64,000 nucleotides of DNA from Acidobacteriota bacterium. GTDB taxonomy: Bacteria; Acidobacteriota; Thermoanaerobaculia; Multivoradales; UBA5704. The DNA lies in contig JAXDKS010000012.1 of assembly GCA_034666985.1 (NCBI GenBank), forward strand, positions 23,714 through 87,713. The letters are read 5' to 3'. The notes under the pieces were generated by a model. That model worked only from the letters and a program-made list of their open reading frames with translations. It was not told the DNA's origin and made no database searches. Both the position numbers and the translations under genes were made by a program. Positions 1 to 7,885 of the stretch are shown here, in pieces. Each line of letters begins with the position of its first letter. Positions within the stretch are counted from its first letter, which is position 1.

Positions 1-1411
1 CTTCTCCCGCCACTGGCCATAGCGCACCCAGCCTACGGCCAAGGCCGCGAGGACGAGGACGGCGAGGGCGGCGATCTGGGTGATCTGGAGACGGCGCCGC
101 CCGGAGCCCGCGGCCTGGGCCTTGGCCTTGATGGGGACCGGAGAGGGCGGGGAGGGGATCGGGGTGGTGACGGTCGCCGCCGGCTCCACGGGACGGTCGA
201 GGGCCCGGATCACCTCGGGCGCACTGGCGAAGCGGGCTGAAGGATCGCGCTCCAGGCAGCGCAGGATGGCCGCCTCCCAGCGCGGATCGAGCCCCGGGAC
301 GTGGACGCGCGGCGGCACCGGCGCCTCCCGCAGGCGCTTGACCGCGGTCGAGAGGGCGTTCTCCCCCAGGAAGGGGACGGTGCCGGTGAGCATCTCGTAG
401 AGCACGATGCCGAAAGCGAAGACGTCCGCCGCCGGCGTGATCTCACCCCCCTCGACCTGCTCCGGCGCCAGGTAGGCGGGAGTGCCGACGACGCCCGCCG
501 CGCCCGTGAGGGTGAGGGCCTGTCCGGCCGCGGCCTCGGCGCCGGTCTCCAGGCGGGCAAGGCCGAAATCGGTGACCACCGCACGAGTGGCGCGAGCGCT
601 CCCCCGGCCCTCCACCAGCACCACGTTGCCCGGCTTCAGGTCGCGATGGACCACGCCGGCCTGGTGCGCGGCCTGGAGGGCCTCGGCGATCTGGCTGGCG
701 ATCGGCAAGGCCTCCCCGGTTTGCATGGGGCCGGCGCGGCGCAGCCGTTGCGACAGCGTCTCGCCGGGCAGCAGCTCCATGGTGAGGAAGATGGTCGCTT
801 CCGGCGCGCCTTCGTCCCGGTGGTGGGAGACGTCGAAGATCCGGCAGACGTTGGGGTGGGTCACCTTGCGCGCGAGCTGGATCTCGCGCTTGAAGCGCTC
901 CACCGTCAGAGCATCCCGCGCCACGTCCCAGCGCACGGTCTTCAAGGCAACCCGCTCCTTGAGCTCCAGATCCTCCACCTCGTAGACCTCGCCCATGCCG
1001 CCCCGGGCGATGAAGCGCAGCATCCGGTAGCGGCCGGCGAGCAACTCCCCCGGGGCGAAAGCGGGCTCGTCCACGCCAACCCGCCGCTGGGACGCGGAGG
1101 GTCTGAGCGTCGCGGAGGGCGCCACACTGCGGGGGACGCTTTCGCCGCCGGCGGTGGAGGAGCCTGGAGGTCCGGAGACGGGGAACGCGACGAAAGTCGG
1201 CGGGCTCGTGCCGATGGAGCCCACGGAATTGGCCGGGTCCGCCGGAGGAGCGCCGGGCCGGCGGACGCCGAACACCGTCTTGCACGAGGCGCACTGGAGG
1301 CGCAGCCGTGCCGGCATCTCAGTGGCCACGGAGAACCGCAGCCTCTGCCCGCAACCCGGACAGGGGACGGTGAACGACGACGGCGAAACCGAAGAGCTCT
1401 GACTCATCTCA
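1..1411 (-). CDS. Ser/Thr protein kinase with N-terminal zinc-ribbon (CPGCG...CASC) and C-terminal TM segment; 3' end runs off window start
   Basis: Reverse-strand translation from ATG (cat at 1409-1411) gives MSQSSSVSPSSFTVPCPGCGQRLRF...LQCASCKTVFGV. A kinase domain follows with VALK, HRDLKPGN, DFG, GTPAYLAPE and a hydrophobic tail. The ORF is absent from the supplied track because it has no stop inside the window. Confidence 0.8.
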
Positions 1412-1516
1412 AGAATTTGCCCCCCATCTTACCCTGTCTCTTGCCGCCCCGGCGGGGTTTTGAGAGGATGGCGCGGCCGATTTGACCCGAAGATTGACCT
1501 GAAGGGAGCGCGATCG

Positions 1517-3223
1517 ATGGAGAGGATGCGATGGCTCCGGACCTCCGCCGCCTGGCTTGCCGTGCTGCTCATCGCCGGCGTGCTGACGGCGAGCGCGGCC
1601 GAGACGAAGGAGAAAGACAAGAAGCCCGAGGCAGCGGCCAAGGAGAAGGCCAAGGCCAAGGAGAAGGAGGACGCCTCCATCCTCCCCGCGCCGCCCCGCG
1701 CCGAGGGCGAGGGCCCCTTCAAGCGGCTGATCCTCCGCGGCGTGACGCTGATCGACGGCACCGGCGCCCCGCCCGTGGGACCGGTCGACATCGTCATCGA
1801 GAAGAACCGCATCGTCGACGTCGCGGTGGTGGGGAGCCCGGGCGTGGAGGTCGACCCCAAGCACCGGCCCAAGGCCGAGGACGGCGACAAGGTGCTCGAC
1901 CTCCAGGGCCTCTACGTGCTGCCCGGCTTCATCGACATGCACGGCCACATCGGCGGCAAGGAGCAGGGCACGCCCGCCGAATACGTCTTCAAGCTGTGGC
2001 TGGGCCACGGCATCACCACCGTCCGCGACCCCGGCAGCGGCAACGGCGCCGACTGGACCCTGGATCAGAAAGCCAAGAGCGCACGCAACGAGATCACGGC
2101 GCCGCGCATCAAGGCCTACGTGTTCTTCGGCCAGGGCCGGGAGGCGCCGTTCACCACGCCCGAGGAGGGGCGCAAGTGGGTGGACGAGATGGCGGCCAAG
2201 GGCGCCGACGGCGTGAAGTTCTTCGGCTACCGGCCGGACATCATGCAGGCCGCCATCGACGAGATCAAGAAGAAGGGGCTGCGCAGCGCCTGCCATCACG
2301 CCCAGATGGACGTGGCCCGGGTCAACGTCCTCACCTCGGCGCGCTGGGGGCTCACCACCATGGAGCACTGGTACGGGCTCCCCGAGGCCCTGTTCGCCGA
2401 CCGCACCCTCCAGGATTACCCGCGCGACTACAACTACGCCAACGAGGCCGACCGTTTCGGCCAGGCCGGCCGCCTCTGGCAGCAGGCGGCGCCCCCCTAC
2501 TCGCAGCGCTGGAACGAGGTGATGAACGAGCTCATCGGCCTCGACTTCACGATCGATCCCACCTTCACCATCTACGAGGCCAGCCGCGACCTCGAGCGCG
2601 CTCGCCGCGCCGAGTGGCACGACGAGTACACGCTCCCCTCGCTCTGGGACTTCTATGCCCCCAACCGCAAGTCCCACGGCGCCTACTGGTACTACTGGAC
2701 GACCGAGAACGAGGTGGACTGGAAGAACAACTACCGCCTGTGGATGACCTTCGTCAACGAATACAAGAACCGCGGCGGCCGGGTGACCGTCGGTTCGGAC
2801 AGCGGCTTCATCTACAAGCTCTACGGCTTCGACTACATCCGCGAATTCGAGCTGCTGCGCGAAGCGGGCTTCCACCCCCTGGAGGTGATCCGCGCCGCCA
2901 CCCTCAAGGGCGCCGAGGCCCTGGGGATGGACAAGGAGATCGGCACCGTCGAGCCCGGCAAGCTCGCGGACCTCGTGGTGGTGGAGGAGAACCCGATCGA
3001 AAACCTTGCCGTCCTCTACGGCACCGGCGTCATCAAGGTGACGGAAAAGAACGAAGTCGTGCGCGTCGGCGGTGTCAAGTACACGATCAAGGACGGCATC
3101 GTCTACGACGCCAAGAAACTCCTGGCGGACGTGCGGCGGATCGTCAAGGAAGCCAAGGACAAGGCGAACCGGCCGGTGCTCTACCAGCCGGGGATGGCGC
3201 CGGCCAAGGCGCCCGCGAAATAG
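1517..3223 (+). CDS. secreted amidohydrolase-family metal-dependent hydrolase
   Basis: ATG at 1517 is preceded by GAAGGGAG. The product has a signal peptide (WLAVLLIAGVLTASAA), a Lys/Glu-rich linker and an amidohydrolase fold with metal-binding signatures (FIDMHGHIG, HH...H, D near the C-terminus). Confidence 0.75.
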   Translation: MERMRWLRTSAAWLAVLLIAGVLTASAAETKEKDKKPEAAAKEKAKAKEKEDASILPAPPRAEGEGPFKRLILRGVTLIDGTGAPPVGPVDIVIEKNRIVDVAVVGSPGVEVDPKHRPKAEDGDKVLDLQGLYVLPGFIDMHGHIGGKEQGTPAEYVFKLWLGHGITTVRDPGSGNGADWTLDQKAKSARNEITAPRIKAYVFFGQGREAPFTTPEEGRKWVDEMAAKGADGVKFFGYRPDIMQAAIDEIKKKGLRSACHHAQMDVARVNVLTSARWGLTTMEHWYGLPEALFADRTLQDYPRDYNYANEADRFGQAGRLWQQAAPPYSQRWNEVMNELIGLDFTIDPTFTIYEASRDLERARRAEWHDEYTLPSLWDFYAPNRKSHGAYWYYWTTENEVDWKNNYRLWMTFVNEYKNRGGRVTVGSDSGFIYKLYGFDYIREFELLREAGFHPLEVIRAATLKGAEALGMDKEIGTVEPGKLADLVVVEENPIENLAVLYGTGVIKVTEKNEVVRVGGVKYTIKDGIVYDAKKLLADVRRIVKEAKDKANRPVLYQPGMAPAKAPAK

Positions 3224-3233
3224 GAGACCCGCA

Positions 3234-3641
3234 ATGCCCAGGACTCGCACCGGACACACGGTTGGCGACTGGTTGGAGCTGGCCGATCTGGTCACTCCGG
3301 AGACCATCGCGGGCTCGCCGCTCCTCGAGCGGACGCACGGCGAGCTCCAGGGGTTCGTGGAGGAGATCCGGAAGCTGCTGGTCCAGCGGGACTTCTACGA
3401 GGCCCGCAAGCAGGAGACGACCCAGCGCATCCAGGAGATCCTGCCGGAAGGCCGTCGCACGGCCACTTTCCTGCGGCGGGCCTTGAAGCAGCATTTCGGT
3501 CCTGACAACGAGAAACTGGCCGCCTTCGGCATCCAGCCCTTCCGTGGGCAGAAACGCTCGCGCAAGGACGGATCCGCGTCGTCGCCCGAAACGCAGGCCC
3601 AGAGCGGCGGAGATCCTCGCTCCGGCGGGGACACGGAGTAA
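3234..3641 (+). CDS. hypothetical protein (135 aa)
   Basis: Internal ATG with AGGAGA SD 6 nt upstream. The start overlaps the stop region of the upstream gene (coupling). No recognisable domain. Confidence 0.45.
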   Translation: MPRTRTGHTVGDWLELADLVTPETIAGSPLLERTHGELQGFVEEIRKLLVQRDFYEARKQETTQRIQEILPEGRRTATFLRRALKQHFGPDNEKLAAFGIQPFRGQKRSRKDGSASSPETQAQSGGDPRSGGDTE

Positions 3642-3699
3642 AGCCTGCGCTTTCGCCGCAGATCCCGGGCCGACTGTTCCTTCCTGCGACTCTGAGACA

Positions 3700-4060
3700 G
3701 CGGCGGGAGAGATGCCTCATATCTCCAGATATGGCGCATATCCAGAGGGAAAATCATTTTCCCTTTGGCTATGGCGTATATCCGGAGGGAAAACCACTTT
3801 CCCTCCAGATATGAGCCATATCTGGAGACAACGCCTCATATGAAAAGGGAAAATCGTTTTCCCTTCAGATATGGCCTGTATCCGCGGGGAAAACGATTTT
3901 CCCTCGGGATATGGCCCATATCTGTGGATATGCGGCGTTGGAGAAAGGGAAAATGATTTTCCCTGCGGATATGAGGTGTCTTGGCGGATATGGGCTGCGT
4001 TTCCGGGCGATATCCCGTCTCTCGGGATGAGAACCCACGTTCCGGGATGACGCCTTATCG
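3700..4060. repeat. AT-rich intergenic island with ordered array of two alternating palindromes (GATATG-N3-CATATC; GGGAAAAT-N-ATTTTCCC), unit ~40/60 bp
   Basis: Perfect 15-bp palindromes GATATGgcgCATATC (3728-3742), GATATGagcCATATC (3808-3822) and GATATGgccCATATC (3908-3922). Degenerate copies lie near 3768 and 3868. Perfect 17-bp palindromes gggaaaatNattttccc sit at 3747, 3847, 3886 and 3947, with a variant at 3787. Local GC is ~48% against ~70% for the flanks. The region lies between convergent 3' ends. Confidence 0.85.
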
Positions 4061-4362
4061 GGCGGGATTTCTCTCGAATCCTCGAAGATGAGCCGTCTTT
4101 CCGGAACACGCGCCGACTTTCATGGCGCTCGCGTGTATCACCGAATCCTCTCGGTGAGGGAAGAATCTGCGGCGAAGGCGGTAGAGACGTCCCTGGTCCT
4201 GAACGATACCGGTTCGGCCACCACGGGGACCGCGGGACGTCTCCGCGGCGGCGATACCGGTTCCGATCACCCCACCGGTTGGCGGGCTCGCATCATCCCC
4301 TCGGCGACGTCCAGCGATGATGGATCTCGGGCCGCATCGGCCGCCTCAGAGACTGGAGCGGC

Positions 4363-5229
4363 TCAAGGAGCCGCCTGATGCCGCAAAGCATGGACGTAGT
4401 TGATGGGCGCGTGATCGGCAAGGTCGCGAACGGCGGCGGTGCCTCGTCTCCAGGAATTGTGCAGGAGATATTCCTCGCGTGCCTTCCAACCATCCTCATG
4501 AATGAAACCCTCGGTGGCCCCTGTCTTGATCTCCCCCAACCGGTCGATGTATACGGGGTTCGCCTCGTTCACGTGCACATAGCCCAGGTGGACGAAGGGC
4601 GGAGGCAGGTGGGTGACGATATCGCAGCAATCCACATATCGCGAGACGTCAAATCCCGACAGGGTCTCGACGAAGTCGGAATCTCCAACTCTCGGGGCTC
4701 CGAAGATGACGAGCTTCGCAGGGTTTCTCAAACTCGCCGCGAGAATGCTCAGAGCCGCGCCCAGGCTGTGGCCGGTCAACAGCAGCCGTCCTGGATGCGC
4801 CTGGAGCCAGCGGTCCAGATCCGCCCAGATGAGATCCAAATCGGTCTTGAATCCTTCGTGAACCTTGCCTCCTTTGGGCCAGGGGCGCGCGAAGGCCTCC
4901 AGGTCATGCGCCATGTCGGTGAAATCTTCCTGCTCCGTCCCCCGAAACGCAACCACGGCGGTTGCTGAGTGGGGATTCCATGCAGCCAAGGCTTGTGACC
5001 CGTCCCTGTTGAAATAGGCGACTTCGTCAAATCCGACAGATTGCAGAGCACTGCGAGTCTCGCGCTCCTCCTCTGGGAAGCTTTCACATCGCTTGTATGC
5101 TAGCAAAGAACATTCCGCACACAGCAGATCGTCCGGAAGATTCTCCGTGCGAGGAAAGAAACCGGTTGTCAGGTGTGGACGAAAGAGCGCGTCGCGGGTA
5201 GCGTCATAGAGAATTGTGCGCGTGCTCAT
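4363..5229 (-). CDS. class 3 (fungal-type) lipase / alpha-beta hydrolase
   Basis: GHSLGAA nucleophile elbow. ATG with AAGGAG SD. GC is markedly lower than the genome, consistent with horizontal acquisition. Confidence 0.8.
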   Translation of the reverse strand: MSTRTILYDATRDALFRPHLTTGFFPRTENLPDDLLCAECSLLAYKRCESFPEEERETRSALQSVGFDEVAYFNRDGSQALAAWNPHSATAVVAFRGTEQEDFTDMAHDLEAFARPWPKGGKVHEGFKTDLDLIWADLDRWLQAHPGRLLLTGHSLGAALSILAASLRNPAKLVIFGAPRVGDSDFVETLSGFDVSRYVDCCDIVTHLPPPFVHLGYVHVNEANPVYIDRLGEIKTGATEGFIHEDGWKAREEYLLHNSWRRGTAAVRDLADHAPINYVHALRHQAAP

Positions 5230-5282
5230 AGCAGCTCCTTTCTTTTCGGATCAGTTTGCCCAAGCAAACTACAAGCGGGGGT

Positions 5283-5411
5283 TCAGCTGACCTGTTTCGA
5301 TTCGCTGTCGATGTAGATCTTCTCCTTATAGATGAGCCAGATCCCGCCGACCACCATGATCAGGCCGGCGAAGGAGCTCAGGTAGTAGAGTGGCAGGGCG
5401 TTGGTATCCAT
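5283..5411 (-). CDS. possible small membrane protein (42 aa) upstream of lipase
   Basis: MDTNALPLYYLSSFAGLIMVVGGIWLIYKEK... gives a single hydrophobic helix, same strand as the lipase. Weak RBS. Confidence 0.3.
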   Translation of the reverse strand: MDTNALPLYYLSSFAGLIMVVGGIWLIYKEKIYIDSESKQVS

Positions 5412-5571
5412 CTCGGTCCCCTTCTGGTAGAGATCGCTCTCTGTGCGAGGCGTCTCTGGAGGGGGTGTTCGCGTCCGGGAGCGGGTTTCTGACAGGGGTG
5501 AGTGAAGTGAAGGAACGCCGGCCGATGGAGCCACATCAGCCGGCGTTGAGGAGAGGGTTGCTCAGCGAGCT

Positions 5572-7752
5572 CTAGGGATCGACGTAGACCGGGCTCTGTA
5601 TCGATTTCTCAGACGTAATGCCCTTGGTGTCTGTGACCAGCAGAGTGAAATCCACACTCGCCGTGCAACCGGCGAGCGTTGTCCGTCCTTCGATGGGGCC
5701 GAAGCCCAGCTTCTTCATAGGCGCGGGACTAGACGTCTCTGCTGCATGCCGCGCATCGCTGAGAAGGACTTGGAACTGAGTGGTCAGGTCCAGCCTTTCC
5801 TTGATCGGCGAGTCTGTGCCGCACTCGATGACGAGGATGGCGCTTGAGATCGTCGTATGGGCTGCCAGTCCCAGCCACTCGGAATCGATGGATGCGGCAA
5901 GGCTGTAGGGCTTTGGATCGTCCGTGTCATCGCCTGACAGCTCCTCCAGGGAGAGGGCGAGAGATGCAAGCTGACTCGCTGAGAAGCCGGGAGCGATGGT
6001 GCAGGGTGGACACGGAGTTTCCGGCGGCTGGGGCAGGGACAAGCTGGGAGCGTTCATGTCTGGCCGCGTTTCTATCGGGCACCTGGTCGTGCCGGAGACC
6101 GGGAGCCCGGTCACGTAGACCTGGGTTTTCGGGTCGCAGGAGGGCTTGGGAACGATCGGGATGACGGCGACGGGGGAAGACCGTCGGGGACGGATCCGCG
6201 AAAGGTCGGCCGCCGGGCATTCCTGAAGTTGGCAGTTGATGGATTCCACGGCAGGGCAGCGCCCTTCCGCCGTCCCACAGAGTCTGAGGACGGTCCGGCA
6301 GAGCGACAGCCGCTTCAGGTGGGGCGGCCCGATCAGCCAGGAGAGGGGCTTCCAGACATAGTAAGTTGCCTTGTCGGGAAGAGCTTCCGCCGCATGAGCC
6401 ATCCGCTTCATGACCTGAGCTGGCGCCAAGTCCGGCCGCAGGTGCCAGACCACGGCGGCGGTGGAAGAGGCGACGACGGCGGCAACCGAGCTTCCCGTGT
6501 AGATCTGGGTGGGCTCCACGCCTCCGGCCCCGTCTGACGTCCTGGCCACTGCGTGATCGGCGTAGGCGACGCGCCATGGCATGCCGTCGGGGCGGGCATT
6601 GGGCAGCGGCAGGCCTTGCCAGTCGACTCCCCCCACGGCATAAGCAACCTTCTTGCTGAAAAGGCTGGAAAGCCAGGAGCGCGACTCCCAGCCCGCCGGC
6701 AAGAAGGGCTCTTGGTGCTCATGTGCCCCTGACCGGTTGCCGGCGGCAGTGATCACCAGGACACCGAGGTCATGGGCATAGTCCAGGGCGTCGTAGACCG
6801 CCTTGGCCGAGGCTTCGAGCTCCTCCCTCTTTTTCGCGTCGGGGTCTTGGTATTCGCCGTCCCAACCGATGGAGAGGTTCAGGATGAGCTTCGCTTCGGG
6901 CTGGGAATTCTGCCAGTGCTCGATCTCCGCCAGGATGGCGATCGCGAGGTCGCCGATCCGCCCCTGGTGGCCACCGGTGTCACTTCCGGGATCGTCCGGT
7001 GACGCTGAATGGTAATCATCGTGACGCAGCGCGAGCCGGGTCGCGATGTGAATGGGACAGCCCTGAGGCGAGGTGTCATGGCCGCAGACGATCTCGTTGG
7101 CCAGGTGCGCCATCCCGTAGCCATGCCAGGAGCTCGGAGCCGGGTCCTTGGCGGGCGGCCCTTCGCCGGTGGGATGCGTATCGACGAAGACGAGGCGCAC
7201 CGTCGGCTTTTGTGCAGGACCGAGCCGAACTCTTCCGACCTGATCGAGGAAATGCTCGGCGAGCGGCTCCCAGATCTGATCCCCGAGGGGGCCCAGATCG
7301 GTGGGAGCGCTGGGAGTCAGAGCCATCTGGTCAGGCTCGGCCTTCGAGAGCCCGGCCGGCATTCGAAACTCCTGCCCTTGACCTTCATCCGTGTAGACAC
7401 AGAACCGGTCCAAGCCATGCTTGCGGAACAGGGCGTCTCTCTTCGCCTGCCTCTCTCTGTCGATCAGGGTCCGCTTCGGGGGGGCGCCGTACTGATCGCA
7501 GGCTCTCTTGGCGCCGTCCTCGGCATGAGCGACCGCAAGCTCGAACAGGGATTCCGTTCTCCAGCCGGGCACTGCGGGGCAGGAAGAACCCTTCTTGAGC
7601 ACCCCGATCCAGCGGCCTGGAGTGGGGACAGGTCCGGTCGGCTGTTCAGAGGGCTCTTTGACCTTTGGCTTATAGGAGGCGTCCGCGGCAGCTCCTGCGG
7701 CCGTCCAACTCATCGCCAATCCCAAAAGAACGCAAAGAATCCTGGATCGCAT
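5572..7752 (-). CDS. secreted subtilisin-like serine peptidase (S8 family) with Cys-rich C-terminal extension
   Basis: Catalytic D (VFVDTHPTG), H (HGYGMAH), N (AAGN) and S (GSSVAAVVAS) are present. Signal peptide MRSRILCVLLGLAMSWTAAGAAADA. ATG at 7752 with AAGGAGGA SD. Confidence 0.8.
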   Translation of the reverse strand: MRSRILCVLLGLAMSWTAAGAAADASYKPKVKEPSEQPTGPVPTPGRWIGVLKKGSSCPAVPGWRTESLFELAVAHAEDGAKRACDQYGAPPKRTLIDRERQAKRDALFRKHGLDRFCVYTDEGQGQEFRMPAGLSKAEPDQMALTPSAPTDLGPLGDQIWEPLAEHFLDQVGRVRLGPAQKPTVRLVFVDTHPTGEGPPAKDPAPSSWHGYGMAHLANEIVCGHDTSPQGCPIHIATRLALRHDDYHSASPDDPGSDTGGHQGRIGDLAIAILAEIEHWQNSQPEAKLILNLSIGWDGEYQDPDAKKREELEASAKAVYDALDYAHDLGVLVITAAGNRSGAHEHQEPFLPAGWESRSWLSSLFSKKVAYAVGGVDWQGLPLPNARPDGMPWRVAYADHAVARTSDGAGGVEPTQIYTGSSVAAVVASSTAAVVWHLRPDLAPAQVMKRMAHAAEALPDKATYYVWKPLSWLIGPPHLKRLSLCRTVLRLCGTAEGRCPAVESINCQLQECPAADLSRIRPRRSSPVAVIPIVPKPSCDPKTQVYVTGLPVSGTTRCPIETRPDMNAPSLSLPQPPETPCPPCTIAPGFSASQLASLALSLEELSGDDTDDPKPYSLAASIDSEWLGLAAHTTISSAILVIECGTDSPIKERLDLTTQFQVLLSDARHAAETSSPAPMKKLGFGPIEGRTTLAGCTASVDFTLLVTDTKGITSEKSIQSPVYVDP

Positions 7753-7885
7753 GGTGTTCCTCCTTGATGCCGCAGGCAGCGGTGCCGCTCTTGACCGGCA
7801 CGGTCCTGGAGGCCCCTCGTGCCGCGGCTTTCTCCTTAGGCTTTCGCGGCCGGCTGTTCGTTTCTGACGAACGGCAAGCAAGGAA

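Noticed and set aside
1409-3307. 632-aa minus-strand ORF (and similar long ORFs at 301-1485+, 14623-16224-, 18683-20968+, 29275-30690-, 29921-31879-, 36588-38927+, 40452-43076+, 43426-45612+, 45656-47365+, 51080-52576+, 60507-62612+)
   Set aside because: These are antisense shadows of well-supported genes in a 70% GC genome. Their products are low-complexity Arg/Gly/Pro-rich with no domain signatures, while the opposite strand carries clear catalytic motifs.
3700-4060. Possible CRISPR array (regularly spaced short palindromic repeats)
   Set aside because: The segments between the GGGAAAAT-N-ATTTTCCC repeats are themselves repeated (GATATG-N3-CATATC units), not unique spacers. Spacing alternates 40/60 bp. 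No cas genes are present anywhere in the window.
3717-4109. 130-aa minus-strand ORF and other ORFs across the palindrome island
   Set aside because: Their translations are simply the tandem repeat read in frame (repeating EGKSF.../YP.GK units). They have no RBS and appear to be an artefact of the repeat structure.
4088-4378. 96-aa plus-strand ORF downstream of the repeat island
   Set aside because: No RBS and Ala/Gly/Ser/Thr-rich random-looking composition. It overlaps the 3' end of the lipase gene and a hairpin that is more likely the lipase terminator.
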